DNA of 64,000 nt. Source: Candidatus Omnitrophota bacterium. Its GTDB lineage: Bacteria > Omnitrophota > Gorgyraeia > Gygaellales > Profunditerraquicolaceae. The translations under genes and the position numbers were made by a program. How positions within the stretch are numbered: position 1 is the first letter of the stretch; each line of letters starts with the position of its first letter. Positions 18,183 to 30,900 of the stretch are shown one piece after another. The stretch is from NCBI GenBank assembly GCA_028716965.1, contig JAQUOV010000003.1, positions 5,302 through 69,301 on the forward strand, written 5' to 3'. The notes beneath the pieces are model-generated. The model made no database searches. It worked only from the letters and a program-made list of their open reading frames with translations, and was not told the DNA's origin.

Positions 18183-18905
18183 TTAAGCCCTGAGCACACG
18201 GGCAATACCCATTAAATCCGCTTTCTCCAGATTTATTCCGCTGTGGTATTTGTTGTCCTCCTGTAATCCTGACCAGACCACCTCGCCTCTTAAATATAGC
18301 GGCTCCCCCTTATCCGGGATTCTTAGCCAGATCTCAAGAGGAGTCTTCGGCTCAAGTTTCTCGTCCGCTTCCAACCTCATACCTTTGGCGCTTAAATCCC
18401 GGGTCCGCGCCTGGCCTTCAGCCCCGGAATAAAGATTTAAAAAACTTAGCCCTAAACGTTTTTCAAACCTTTCGAATATCCTTCGGTCTTCAATCATATC
18501 CCCATCTCCCTTTGGTTGATTAATATCATTATCAATATCTTTCCACCATTGTTTATTAATTTGCTCCTGGAAATTACTACGCATGAATCTATATAACTTT
18601 TCTTTGCAAGGATCGCTGATTTTGGTAAAGTACAGGCCATAGGAGTGGTTTTCCCCAATCGCCTTATGCCAGACAACCCAAGCCTCCAGATTATCCAGGC
18701 TGCAATCCTCAGAGAGGACCAAACTTAACTTTACAGAGCTATCAACCTTGATTTTCTCAGACAGACAAACCCTTAAACCTCTAATAGTTATATCATAAAT
18801 AAGGCAATTAGTAAAGTCTTTCGCTGCATCAGCACCTTCAGCATCAAGCCTTATCTTTGCCTGCCAGTTAGCCCGCCACCTGATTGTCTGCCTATGGTCT
18901 TGCAT
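18183..18905 (-). CDS. Tandem PilZ-domain protein, a putative c-di-GMP receptor.
   Basis: Two RxxxR + D-x-(S/T)-x-x-G pairs are present: RQTIR ... DITIRG, and RRIFER ... DLSAKG. The start codon at 18903..18905 overlaps the giant ORF stop (18892..18894) by 14 nt. Confidence 0.55.
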   Translation of the reverse strand: MQDHRQTIRWRANWQAKIRLDAEGADAAKDFTNCLIYDITIRGLRVCLSEKIKVDSSVKLSLVLSEDCSLDNLEAWVVWHKAIGENHSYGLYFTKISDPCKEKLYRFMRSNFQEQINKQWWKDIDNDINQPKGDGDMIEDRRIFERFEKRLGLSFLNLYSGAEGQARTRDLSAKGMRLEADEKLEPKTPLEIWLRIPDKGEPLYLRGEVVWSGLQEDNKYHSGINLEKADLMGIARVLRA

Positions 18906-21900
18906 ATTTGTACCTCAAGAAATTTCTGATATAGCGGTCATCCAATATATCTAAAGAAAATATTCTTTTACTGCCAAGGTTGCCGCCCACACACGCCCCC
19001 ACTCCCAACAGGGACGTTTCTGAGGTCAATCGGGGGACGTTTCTTGAGCCAATCGGAGAAGTGTCCCCTTCAGCTGCCAGCGGCGAGGCGGATTTTTCAT
19101 TCGTTCTCGGATCGAAACAGGTAGTTAACTTTTCAAGTACTGCTTCCTTAATCTTCTCATTTAGCGAAACGTTATCAAGCGCTTCAAGTATTTCTGCCGC
19201 ATCTCTGGAATTTAAGACTACATGGTTTTCAACCAACGCTGTTAAAAAATCAATAGTCCTGTTGACTGATTGTCTTAAAGCCTTAGCCATATCCTCTTCA
19301 GTAGGATATTTCAGAAGCCTGTTCATATTCAATCCGGAAAGGGAATCAAGGAGGCCGCGGATAACGTCCTGTGCGATAACCGGCTTCTTTAAAACATAGA
19401 AAGGCGTTAAATCCGGAGTTAAGCGATACAGCACCTCCCATCCGGCTTCCTGATAATACCTGCTGGAAAACCTTGGTAAGTGCGCCTGCGTCACAATTAA
19501 ATACCCTCCCGGACGCACCATATGATAAATTTCATCGAGCGCTTTAGTTGCCGCCTCCCAACTCAATACATCCGCGCACAGCACTCCCTCCAACACAACC
19601 AAATCAAATAACCCCTCTTCTAGCTCATCGCTCAACCTTGCAGCATCGGCTTTAATAATACGGCCCTGAGTGATGCCGGCTATCCGGAAATTCTTCCTGG
19701 CAGCCTCAATCATATCCTGATTAATATCCGAGCCGAATACCTTGAGGTTTAACCCATTTTCCCTGGCCATATTATGGATATCCGTCAGCCGTAAACCCAA
19801 AGCGCAAGCCGGGTCTAGAACCTTTATCTCTCTCTTAACTGCAATTTCTTCGGAGAACAGTTCTTTAGCCCAATCGGCAATAAGGAATCCGAGAACACGG
19901 AACTGATAAGACTGAACAATCATATATCCTCTTGCGCCTCTATCCCAAAATGAATTATTGCGCGGCTCTATTGTGTAGGTGCCCCGTGACTCAATTTCAA
20001 TGCCCTTCGTCCGGCGCAAAAGCTCATAAATACCAAACTGGGGCTCAAAAAACTCTGCGTTAATCCTGATTCCCGCCATATCACTTAAGAAACTTCCCGG
20101 GATACCTTCTTCATCTTTATGAAGCACAACCTCCACAATCGCCTGGCCAACTTTTGGCCCTCTAACTCGTACGCTAATAACCGCGTCGGTACGCACCCTA
20201 AGCTGCCCCCGTCGCCCGCTCTTTATAGCCTCCAGAACAAACTCTTCCCATTCTGGACTTTCAGAAGTAAGGTCCTTATCATAATCAGCCGTTACTTCTT
20301 TAACAGCCATTAGCGGACGAATTGCCTTTAAGCGGGATGCCATCTTTTTTTGCTCAACGGCCACCCTTCGTTTTATCGCGCCTCTTCGCTCAGCAGAGAT
20401 AGAAACCACGCAGTCAAAAGCAAGCTGTCTTGTCTGGCCGATGTAATAATTAACATCCCTTTTGCTATTTGAGCCATTAAGCCCGAAACGAAGAGTAGTT
20501 TGCATGCCGTTATCCAGGGAAACAGGGACATAAGCCACGCCCTGAGGCAAAATCCTACCAACTCTGCCCGCTATTGGGACAAGCATGCTGTGATTAATAG
20601 ATACTCTGGAATCCTGCCCCGAAAGAAGCGGCGGACTGGGCAAAGCGCTTGCCATCTTAAGAGCTAATGCGATAAGATTAAGCTTTTCATATCTTATCAG
20701 CGTATCCTCGTTTTGCGGCGCGGGCGATTCTTCGGCGGTCCGCTGCAATAGCGTGTAAGAATCAACTGCGCCCAGTGGCAATTCATTTCCCTGCCGGGAA
20801 GCCAGACATTCTTCCAGACACGTCTTTAGCCACTCCCTAACCTTCTCTACTTCACCAAAATAAGCCGCCTTCTGTAAAATGTCCTCCACCGCGTTTAAGG
20901 GGAATTCTCCAAAAAAGTACCCGCAAAAAGAACCGGCTGTATTCCAAAATAAGAACCCGTTGCTTTCCTCCTCTTTCTTTGTCTGACAAAGAATCCACAG
21001 CAATTCCAGGATTTTGAAATAAACCGAGGTCTTTGTATCCTCAATTTCTCGTAGTTCAGGGTGTTGAATCCAGCTCATACAGGCGCTCTCCCCGGGCCTG
21101 CCCATAGTCGGCACATAAGAAACGCCGGCTTCGCCGATAATGCCTTTGGTTAATCCCCATGAATAATGCCCTCTGTGTTCGTCGGTGATAAAAAGTTTCT
21201 CAACCTCCGGCCGCAGCCTAAACGAAGCTTCTTCAACAAAGAAACTCCTTCCTTTATTGTAAATTTCCTGCATCCCGATATCCTTCAACAAAGTAGTTGC
21301 TTGTACTAGTAAGCCGTCGACTAAAACAGCCTTAAGAATTCCAGGCTGAGTGCTTGCCACGAGATTCCGCTCAAGCGGGGAAGCGCCCGTAGGAGGTAAC
21401 CTTGCCTGCGCCAGTGGCGAGGCAGCATGAACTTTATCTGCCCTTATCATAAAAGTAATAAACTCTACGAATTCTTTATCCCCTATAACCTGGTATTTAA
21501 TAGCCTGTCTTATTTTTTCGCTTGCGTTATTAAATAGTCTATACACTGTATCGAAATCATCATATTCTCTTAGCCATCTCTGTAAATCTAACATGAAATT
21601 ATATGTCCGTGTTTCGGCAATGCAAAAACCTGTTTGTCCTAGAAGATGTTTCAGACCCGACATTGAATAGAACTTAAAATCTGTCGGCTGTCTTATCCTG
21701 CTCATTTTATTAAAAAATTCATCTACCTCTTGGTCTTCATAAGATAAAACGTCTAACAGTATCAAGCTGGCTCCTATCTTTAATGCCCTGTTTACATTAC
21801 TAAGCGCTTTTTTTGCAAACTCAAAATGATGGAGAGAATAGCGCATAACAGCAAAATCAAAATATGATTCAAAATAGAGGCCAAGTTCGTAGGCGTTCAT

Positions 21901-24900
21901 TATTCTAAGCTTTATCCTATTATCTTCCCCAAGAAGTTCTCTGCCTTTACCAATAGCTGGCTCAGAAATATCCGTACATAATAATTCCTGGAATTCCATT
22001 TTTGGAAGAATTCTTTGCCAAACTAAACCCATTCCAGATCCTACATCAATACCATTGCCATTTAGAGATAATGTGGATATCCATTTTTCATGGGCCCTGA
22101 TTACTTCTGTATGAAAATTATGGGCGCCCTTCCGCAGGTAATGTCCTAAATCACGCCTGGTATGCATGTATCTGTCTATGCCATCCAACGGCGATGCGCT
22201 AAAAGAAGGTTCCGATGACAAAGAAGCATGCTCTATGGTCTTTACTAATTCCCTGAATGGCAGACGCAAACTAAAGCGTTTAATTCTTAAAAATTCCCAT
22301 GTTTCAACGGATAATTCCTTTACCCTTTCCGATGTACTAGTAATAAAAATGGGAGGTACGATTACGCCTGATCTCTGCCTGTATTCCAGTTTCTTGATTA
22401 AGGATATTCCGTCCATTACCGGCATTTCTAAATCCATAAAAATAACGTGTATTTTTTCATTATCAATTATCTCCAGCGCTTCTTTTCCGTTATAAGCACA
22501 AAATATTCTATATTTACCGGGATACAGGAACTCAAATACTGGTTCCATCCGATCTATAAAACATGCTATATCATTGACAAATAGTATAGACTTCTTTTCA
22601 GCCTGCGCCAGCGGCGAGGCGCAGTTAGAACGCAAAGGAGAACCGCTTATTGCTCCATTTATGGCTTGATGTTTACGATAGAGTATGAAGATTGACCACA
22701 ATATTAGATATGCGGCTTGCCACTCTCTTATCGTCTCTTTCAGGGTTCTCTTATTCGACTCTAATAATGGACGATAATTCTCTTCAAAATCTTTTATCCC
22801 CCTATAAAACCCTTGCGGAAGCCATCTGCCGAAAATATGGTAAATAGCAAATTGCCTGGAGTCATCATTGAGTAGTATCAACTGCTCCAAAGTAAAATCT
22901 TCCCCGGCTGTCGCAGGCCGCATATATTTATACTTAAGCGTCCTTCGTGCAAGCGCTATTTTCTGCTCATCGTTTAGATTTTCTATTTTCTTGCGCATCG
23001 AAGTCAACGGCTCATAATCAATGGTCAAGAATATCCGCATCGCCGCCTGCATTTGTCTCAGCCATTTTGGTTCATAATACAATTTCTTAAGAAGCTTCTG
23101 CATCCCCTCTCCCCTAAGCAAGATTTTAACTCGTTTACCGGAGGTCAAAGACCGGTTTGCCACTAACGGAGAGGCGGCCGGCAGTTTATCACTTACCTTG
23201 CCCTCTCCAGCTACTTTTAAAACAGATGTTCTTACCCTGTTGGAATAGTAGCGAAAATCTACGGACTCAAGCGTGAACAAACCTGCTGAATTATATAATC
23301 TCTCTGACGGATGCTCGTCAAAAGGATCCTGGATTATAATAATTCCATTTCCATTCAGGAATAAAGACATATTCCGCAGAGCTGCGATTTTATCCTGCTC
23401 GCTGATTGAATAAGTATCTGAACCATCACCAGCGTCTAACCGCCCAAACAAAAAGATGGCGATCACCAAATCGTATTTACTATTTGCGATTCGCGCGGGA
23501 AATGAGTTAATACCCAGAATATTTGCTTTATATATTTTTGTTTCTAAGTCGGCGGCTGAAATATCAATGGCCTCGGCTTCAATACCCCATGATTGCAAAT
23601 TCCTTAACAGTTTATCGTGATACGAACCAACTTCTAATGCATGAATTCCCGGCCTTGAGCCCAGCCATTTACTGATTGCCCGATATACCGGGATAAGCTT
23701 CATATTCCAGAATTCCGGAAATCTGCTAAATCTCTCTGCATTCAGCAATATTTCTCCATCAGAATTAAATCTTACCAATTGACGATTAGCATCAGCATTA
23801 TTCCTAAGGAGGTTCACATTTTTATCCAGCGGCGAGGCGCCATCTTTGCTTCGCTTGACCTCATCACCTAGAAACTTCTTCTTGATCAAAACAAGTTGTT
23901 CAGGTAACCACTTATCGAAACTGCTAGTCAAATAAACTCTTTTGTGTCCTATTAATGCTTTGTTATTTTCTACGCCTAACTGGTCAAAGATTACCATAAT
24001 GCTTTCCCTCACCATATTCAGAGTAACGCTATCTAAACCAAAAATGGTAACTTTTAATATTAGGCGCCCCTCATTAGTTAGAGGTGGTTGAAAAATCGAT
24101 AGCCTTAATAATTTACCAAAATTTGAACCCATATCATTGGTTAATTTGACTTTATCCTTCGGACGGTGTTTAAATGCAATGTTCATTGTAAAACTTTTAG
24201 GAAGGTAAAAGAAACGAACAATATCATCGACTCCTTTTGCAATAAAACGCGATGCCCCTGCGTGAATACCCAACGGATCCATTAATTTCACCTCGAAAGA
24301 ATCAGAATATTTTTGCGCCAGCGGCGAGGCGCATAATACAGGACGAACCTGAAAAGTAAACAACCGTTCCTCAATCAGACTGTATTTTATTTTCTTCGGC
24401 ATATCTTTAACTCTATCGCTCAAATCAGCCAGTTTTCCCGAACTAATTATCCTGCTGCGCAAAGCGCCGAATCCTTCATTAGAACAACTTAAGAATAAAC
24501 CGCGATCATTAATGAATTTTTCTGGATCACCCCAGTAATATTGCACAGAAAGATATCCTTTTAACCAGGAAATAGGAACCATCATCATATAATCAAGTTG
24601 CGAGTCAGTGTTTATTCTCCTGAGCTTTGCTTCTTGTAAAATGATTGCATTAATAACCCCGGCGTTTTCGCAAGAGTGATCTTTGAACGGGAATATATCG
24701 TTAACATGAATATTTATGGCTCTGTCAAATCCAGCGAATTGGATAGCCCTAAAGGCAGATGCGCTCTTTGCTTCTTTTACACCCTGTAATCTCAACAGTT
24801 CGATAAAACTGTTTACCAATGCTTGCTTTGGCATTACTTCGGTAATAATATCTATATCTTTTATATGAACCAGCTTCACAGCCCTATTGATATCGGCCAA

Positions 24901-27900
24901 ATAACGCGCACTACCTACTATCAATCCTTTTCCCCCTAATAGATATTCAAGATTATCAACTTTTAGCCAACTTTCTCCTTTTCTATTAAGAATCAGCGGC
25001 GAGCCGGCGGATTTTTTTTCAGCCGGCCTGCTTTTTCTTTCTATTTGCGCGAATGCGCACGCGCTGCTATCAAGATCATTGTGAACGGCAGTTAAGCTAA
25101 GCTTCCATTGCTTCAATACTACGCGTAATCCCCGCATTCTCAGCCACTCTCTGGGCATACGGATAACAGCTTTGCCTTTAGCATCAAGATATTTCCCAAT
25201 AATAGAAACGCTGCGGAGCATAATCCGGAATCCGCCTTCTTCTCCCCATTTATTACAAGCCCAGCCGAATGGAGGGTCTGCAAAGATTTTATTAAATACC
25301 TCTCTCCCCAGCTTCCTTTGGACCCCCCGCCGTTCGGTTACGTCTTGCTGAAAAATCCATATTCCGCACTTAACTTCCGGCCTAATAACTTCCGGATAAT
25401 ATCTAAACATGTGGAAAAATAACCTCTGGTTATCTGAAGCATGGAAAGCGGTGCCCGGATTAATATCTAGACCTACAACTTCTGAACCGTATAACGTAAA
25501 GAGCATGCTAACATAACCCCTGCCGACGCCTAACTCAAGGACTTTATCATTAGGCCCAACCCGCAACAGATTATTAACGATATAACTGATATTCTGGGCA
25601 GAGAGCAATTTTACATCATTCTCCATTTGGATGCCTCTATCTGTATTAAAGGCAGGCGCAGGCAGGTCTCTATATAACTCCGGGAAGGTTGGTATTGTTA
25701 ATCTCTTACCGGCGGACTCTGATAATATATAGCCTCCGGGAAGATTAATAAATAATTCTGGATGCAATGATTCATACGGAATGACATGCAATGCGGAATT
25801 ATGGCACGGCATAAGGTCTTCCTGAAAACGGATACCCGGGCGATATCTTATATAATATTCTCCTAAGGGGTTCGGACCCATGCCTGAACCAATCGCGGAC
25901 AACCTATTGCCGTTGAAGGATAGCCCTTCCTCCAAATTATCTCCCAATTGTTTATTTAATAGATTAAGGAGGTTCGTGTTGCCTTGAACCTGGTGAACAG
26001 TACCTGATGGAAAAAGGCATTTCAACTCGTATCCTGCAATAGTTATCTTTCCCGTATCTATAAAATTCTGCCCGCCCTGATTACTGACAAGTTCTCCCCT
26101 TAATGAGACCATAATGCCCTTCTGCCTAAGCTCTTCTCTAGTAAAACCGATGATCCTGTCAAGCCTGGACTTTAACTCTTCCAGCCCTCTCCCGCGCGCA
26201 TTAAACATAATTCTAAACATATTCCCGGAGATATATTCAGCTGTCCCGATAAAATCCTCGGAAATGCTTTTAAGCGTTTCATGAATATGCTTTCTATTAA
26301 AATAAGCGGCGGGGCTGCCTATGTGTATATCCGCTGATACATACGAATCTGCTAAGCGGCTGTTCAATATGCGATAAAGCAATGCCAGAAGCCTTGCATT
26401 GTCCTGCCGGGTTAGGCCTGAATTAAAGATAAATCTTATGCCTCGTAGATCTTCCTCTATGCAAGCAAGCCCTCCGTAACGGCTGAAGACGTTCCTTGTT
26501 TCTTCGTAAGCACGCCCAAGAATAAAATTAGCGAAGGCCGGCCCATACCGCTGATGCATATCGCTTAATCCGCCTATACAAATAATCCCCATTACTGCGT
26601 GTTCGTCACTGCAAAAAACAGCCGTTTGCCCTCTAAGGACACCTGCCGGCAGGATTCTTTCCGACAATAAATACGTATCCTGTTTAGAACCTCGCACAAT
26701 ACCTAAACCCTTTTCATTCATATAACCTGCGATTGCCTCAACTATGCAAGGATCTGACAAATCCAAGCTATCTGTACCTGCGGGGTTAGGAAACTTTTCG
26801 AATGCACGCTTTATCAATAACCACCTGCTATACTGACGCGAAAAATCTATAATCATAGGTTCAGTTTTATCTTTACTGCCAAGCGGCGAGGCAGTATTAT
26901 AACTTACTGCTTCTGACTTTTGCATATAGGCTTTTGAACAAGCTGAACTGCCGACAGCGACTGCTAACCCCTCCAGACGATCTCTGCTTATGAAAATCTT
27001 CATATGGCAAACCAATTCTTCCCATTGAACCTCTTCGCGCAGTATTTCTAAAACATCATGCCAATAAATAATTTTCTCAAGCATCATTTTTATAAACTGT
27101 CGCGCCTCATTATCTACTCTAACTTTGCCTCCAAAAAATTCCAAAAGGGCTTTTTCATCTTCATCCTGTACACAACCCTCCCTTGTGCGTAATTCTAGAT
27201 TCCGGAAGATCCATCTGATACTCCCGCGCTCATCTAATTTTTCTAACAGCAGATCAACCATCTTCTTGACTCTTAGCATTTCGGACAAATCTTTCATAGC
27301 TGCATTTAAATTAGCCGGTTGTTTTTCTATTCTAATTTTAAAATGTTCCCTTATATATGCAAGCGAATGCTCGGTCCACATTAAATCCACCTGGATAATA
27401 CCGGATTTTAACCCAAGGCCTAAAGACGGATACTGGATATTCAGAGGATCTTCACTGCAAAAACGCGATAGCTCTTTGCGATAGTTATTCCAGATTTCAT
27501 CAAATACCTGCATAAAAGTTTTATGCGAGTCTTTCTGCTCTGGTGGTTCAGGAGGTATCACGACAGGAGATTGTTCCTCCATTTCGCGTGAGAATATATT
27601 AAGATTTACATATAGAGCTCCCAATGATTCAAGGATTGCTTCTAAAATTAGCGCCTCTGAGCCGGAAAGCGCAGTATTATGGGTTTCTCGTAATACAGCT
27701 TGCAGCCTGCTACATTCTTCCAGCAAGCTTCTTGCTCTTGTGTAATCATCCCACTGCTGTAAACCTGCGCGGGACTGCTCATCCCGGATAGCCTTAATCA
27801 GATTCCCGGTTTTTTTAGTTGCTTTGATTTCCTGCGCCGCCAACGCCTCCCTGGCGTCATCTAAAATGGCAAAAAATGCATTTACACGGGACTGAAAACG

Positions 27901-30900
27901 CATGTAATTTATAAAACTATTCATCTGCTCCTTAACTGCTTTAAGCACGCTTAGATGAAACTCCAGATCCTTGGCAACCGCAGTTATATTCTTCACAGGC
28001 ACTGTTAATATCTCCAGCCTGGCTTTGGAAAGCGGCAACTGCAGTTTCCCCTGAGCGCTTTTTAATTTATCATCGGCTTTCTGCAAATCCATTAAATAAC
28101 TTTTGGTAGTAAATTTATCGACAAATAAAAACCTGAGCCACTCATTCCGTATTAAGCTATGGATTTCTAACACTGCGCTCATCAATGGATGCCTTTTTGT
28201 CCCGCAAGCTTTAAATACCACATCTTTTAACCGTGCGCATATCTGTTCTAGCAGGCTTGCAGTCAATTTTAATTTATTATTAATATCTCTGTTCTCTTTT
28301 TTGGCATCATTAAGAATTTGACCGCAACCAGAAGATACCGGTGGAGAGGAAGCAAAAAGGATATGACCAACCCCATCTTCACATGATCTGCGAACAAGTG
28401 GATAAAAACCAATGGGATGCAAAATCGGCGAGGCGATGGTATTATTTACGGGAAAAATAGAACAGGAGAGCTGAAAAAGCACGGCACCAGAAACAAAATC
28501 AACGAATTTCCTTGCATCCCTGGGAAAGAAATTCGGTTTATAATCATATACTGAAAAGATGCTCATTCCTATACTATGCGCCCGATACTTATTCTGAATA
28601 AGCATGCAAGAATGAGGAAAAACCAAACTATCTATGCAATCTAAATTCCTGCCATTAACGCAGATAGAAAAATCATCCGTGATGAAAACGATAAAATCTA
28701 CGGAGCTATCTTTAAGGAGCAAATGATCAAAAATTAAACGCATAAAATAAAATATATCTAAATTACCAGCGTCCGAGAGATTTATAAATCCTTGGGCGAC
28801 TGCAGTTTTTAACTGCGCATTAGGGGTTAAATAATGCATCTTTGTCTTAAAAATACTAAGCTCTTGACTAGCCTTTTCATTTATCGCTCCGGCAATATCA
28901 TAGCGGTGCCGCGCAAGCATGCCAACGCTGTCTATGCTTGAAATAACAATTGCCAGATTAGCGGGTTGAGAATTCATTCCAAAGCCGGCTCGGCAATAAT
29001 TCTTCTCGGCAGGGCTACTTGTGCCATTTGAAGTTGCAAATAGTCCATTCACTAAGCCTGTTCGCCTAAGCGGCGAGGAGCTGCGTTGATCAGTGCATTT
29101 TGGATTTGTAACTATTTTCTTACTTTGACGCCTCTTACGCTCATCTCTCCACAATAATAGCAAGCTAAGAATAGGAACCAATATAAAAAGTGGGATAACA
29201 ATATAAGAAAAAGGTGTTTTCTTAAGAAAAACGCATAATCTTTCAGTACCTTTAGAAAAATCATTTAACCAAGCCAATAAACAAATCCCATCAACCATGC
29301 CTAATATAGCTCCGAGAATTATGAACCAGGCTTTAATTGACCAAAACTGATCATTCTCAACGTCAGGTTCTTTGGCTTTATCCGCCAGCGGAGATGAGGA
29401 ATCAGGATTATTACTTTTATTGGTTATTGGTTTAATCTCTGACAAATACGGTTTAAATCCATTTATTTTCTCCAGCATATTATCCAAAAGCATGCGCATA
29501 TTTTGAAGCCCGACGCGTAAACTTGGATAGGCGTAAAGCGCATCCCGCATCCGCTCCACAGAAATGAGATAATTCTGGATCCTCTCTTCCAGCCTCCCTA
29601 TTTCAGCTGATACTTTTTCTTTGGGACGCGGCCACTCTGCCCAATACCCTTCATCAACCTTACGGAAATCGATCTCCAGGGATTCAAAGTTTTCAATAAT
29701 CTTTCGTATATCTATATTGATAAGGGAATGGAGTTCGGCGATATTGTCTTCAATCTCCCTGGTTGCTTCCAGAATTCCTGCTTTTTTTTCTCCGGCATCC
29801 AAAGATCCTGATATCTCCCTCAAAAATTCTGCGCCTTTCTTCAGCACGTCAGAAAAAGAAGGGAACCCCGTGATATCCGGTTTACAATCCTGGCGAAGTA
29901 AATCAAGTAACTGGCTGACACGCTTATCAATTATGAAACTATGCGGCAAGACAATTGAGGTAACAGAGGGTAAACCATTTTTCTGCGTGATACCAATAGG
30001 AATATCTCTTACCAAAATGCCATTTAATTCCCTGCTTGTCCGGTGGTGCTCCAGATATTGCTCTACCGGTATAATTTCTATGCCCTCGTTAACTGTGTTT
30101 ATTCTTTTTTCAGCTAAAGCAGTCAAAGGAAGAGGATCAAGCCCAAGAGCAATAATAAAAAGTGGAACCTTCTGATATTTACGGTAACAATCCAGGGACA
30201 GGCGAGAGATCTCCTTTAATTCCAGCGAAATCTCCTCTAAAGAAGCTGTGCCCGCATCGCTGCCGAGGATAATGTTGATGCTTAGCGACAATCCTAAACC
30301 AAGGATTCTCTTAATAAGATCTTGTGTTACCTTGATATATTGATCTCCGGACTGTGTCTTACCCAAGTGTTCTGCCTGAGAAGGAACAAATGTTTCCACG
30401 CCCACTGTCACTATCTTTATTCCGGCTCCTGCCATTAGCTTCAGCAGCTCTTCATCCGCAGGAGAAACAACCCTAAATTGGCAAATAAACGATACTCTTT
30501 CATTTAGTGCCAGTCTTTTTATTTCATCACATAGTTTTTCTATCCATTCCCTATCCTGGATAAAGACATCATCGGCAAAATCTATCTTTCTTACCCCATG
30601 CTCAATAGCCTGCTGGCAGATTTGCGCTACCCTTTCAGGGCTAATCCTGCGTCCGCCGCTATATGGAATCTGTATTGCGCAAAAGCCGCATTTCCCCGGG
30701 CAACCACGCTGGGCATATAGAGAAACAGACTTAAATCCCGCTTTTTTAAAAATATCCCAAGGGTAATTTATAAGGCTGTCCAATTCTCCTGAAAGCGGCC
30801 GGCAATGAAAATATCGCTGAAGCCTTTCCCCGGCGTCCATGCCCCCTGCTCCCTGTTTTCTGATCAAAACCTCTCCACTTTCCTTCTTCAGGAAGATCCC

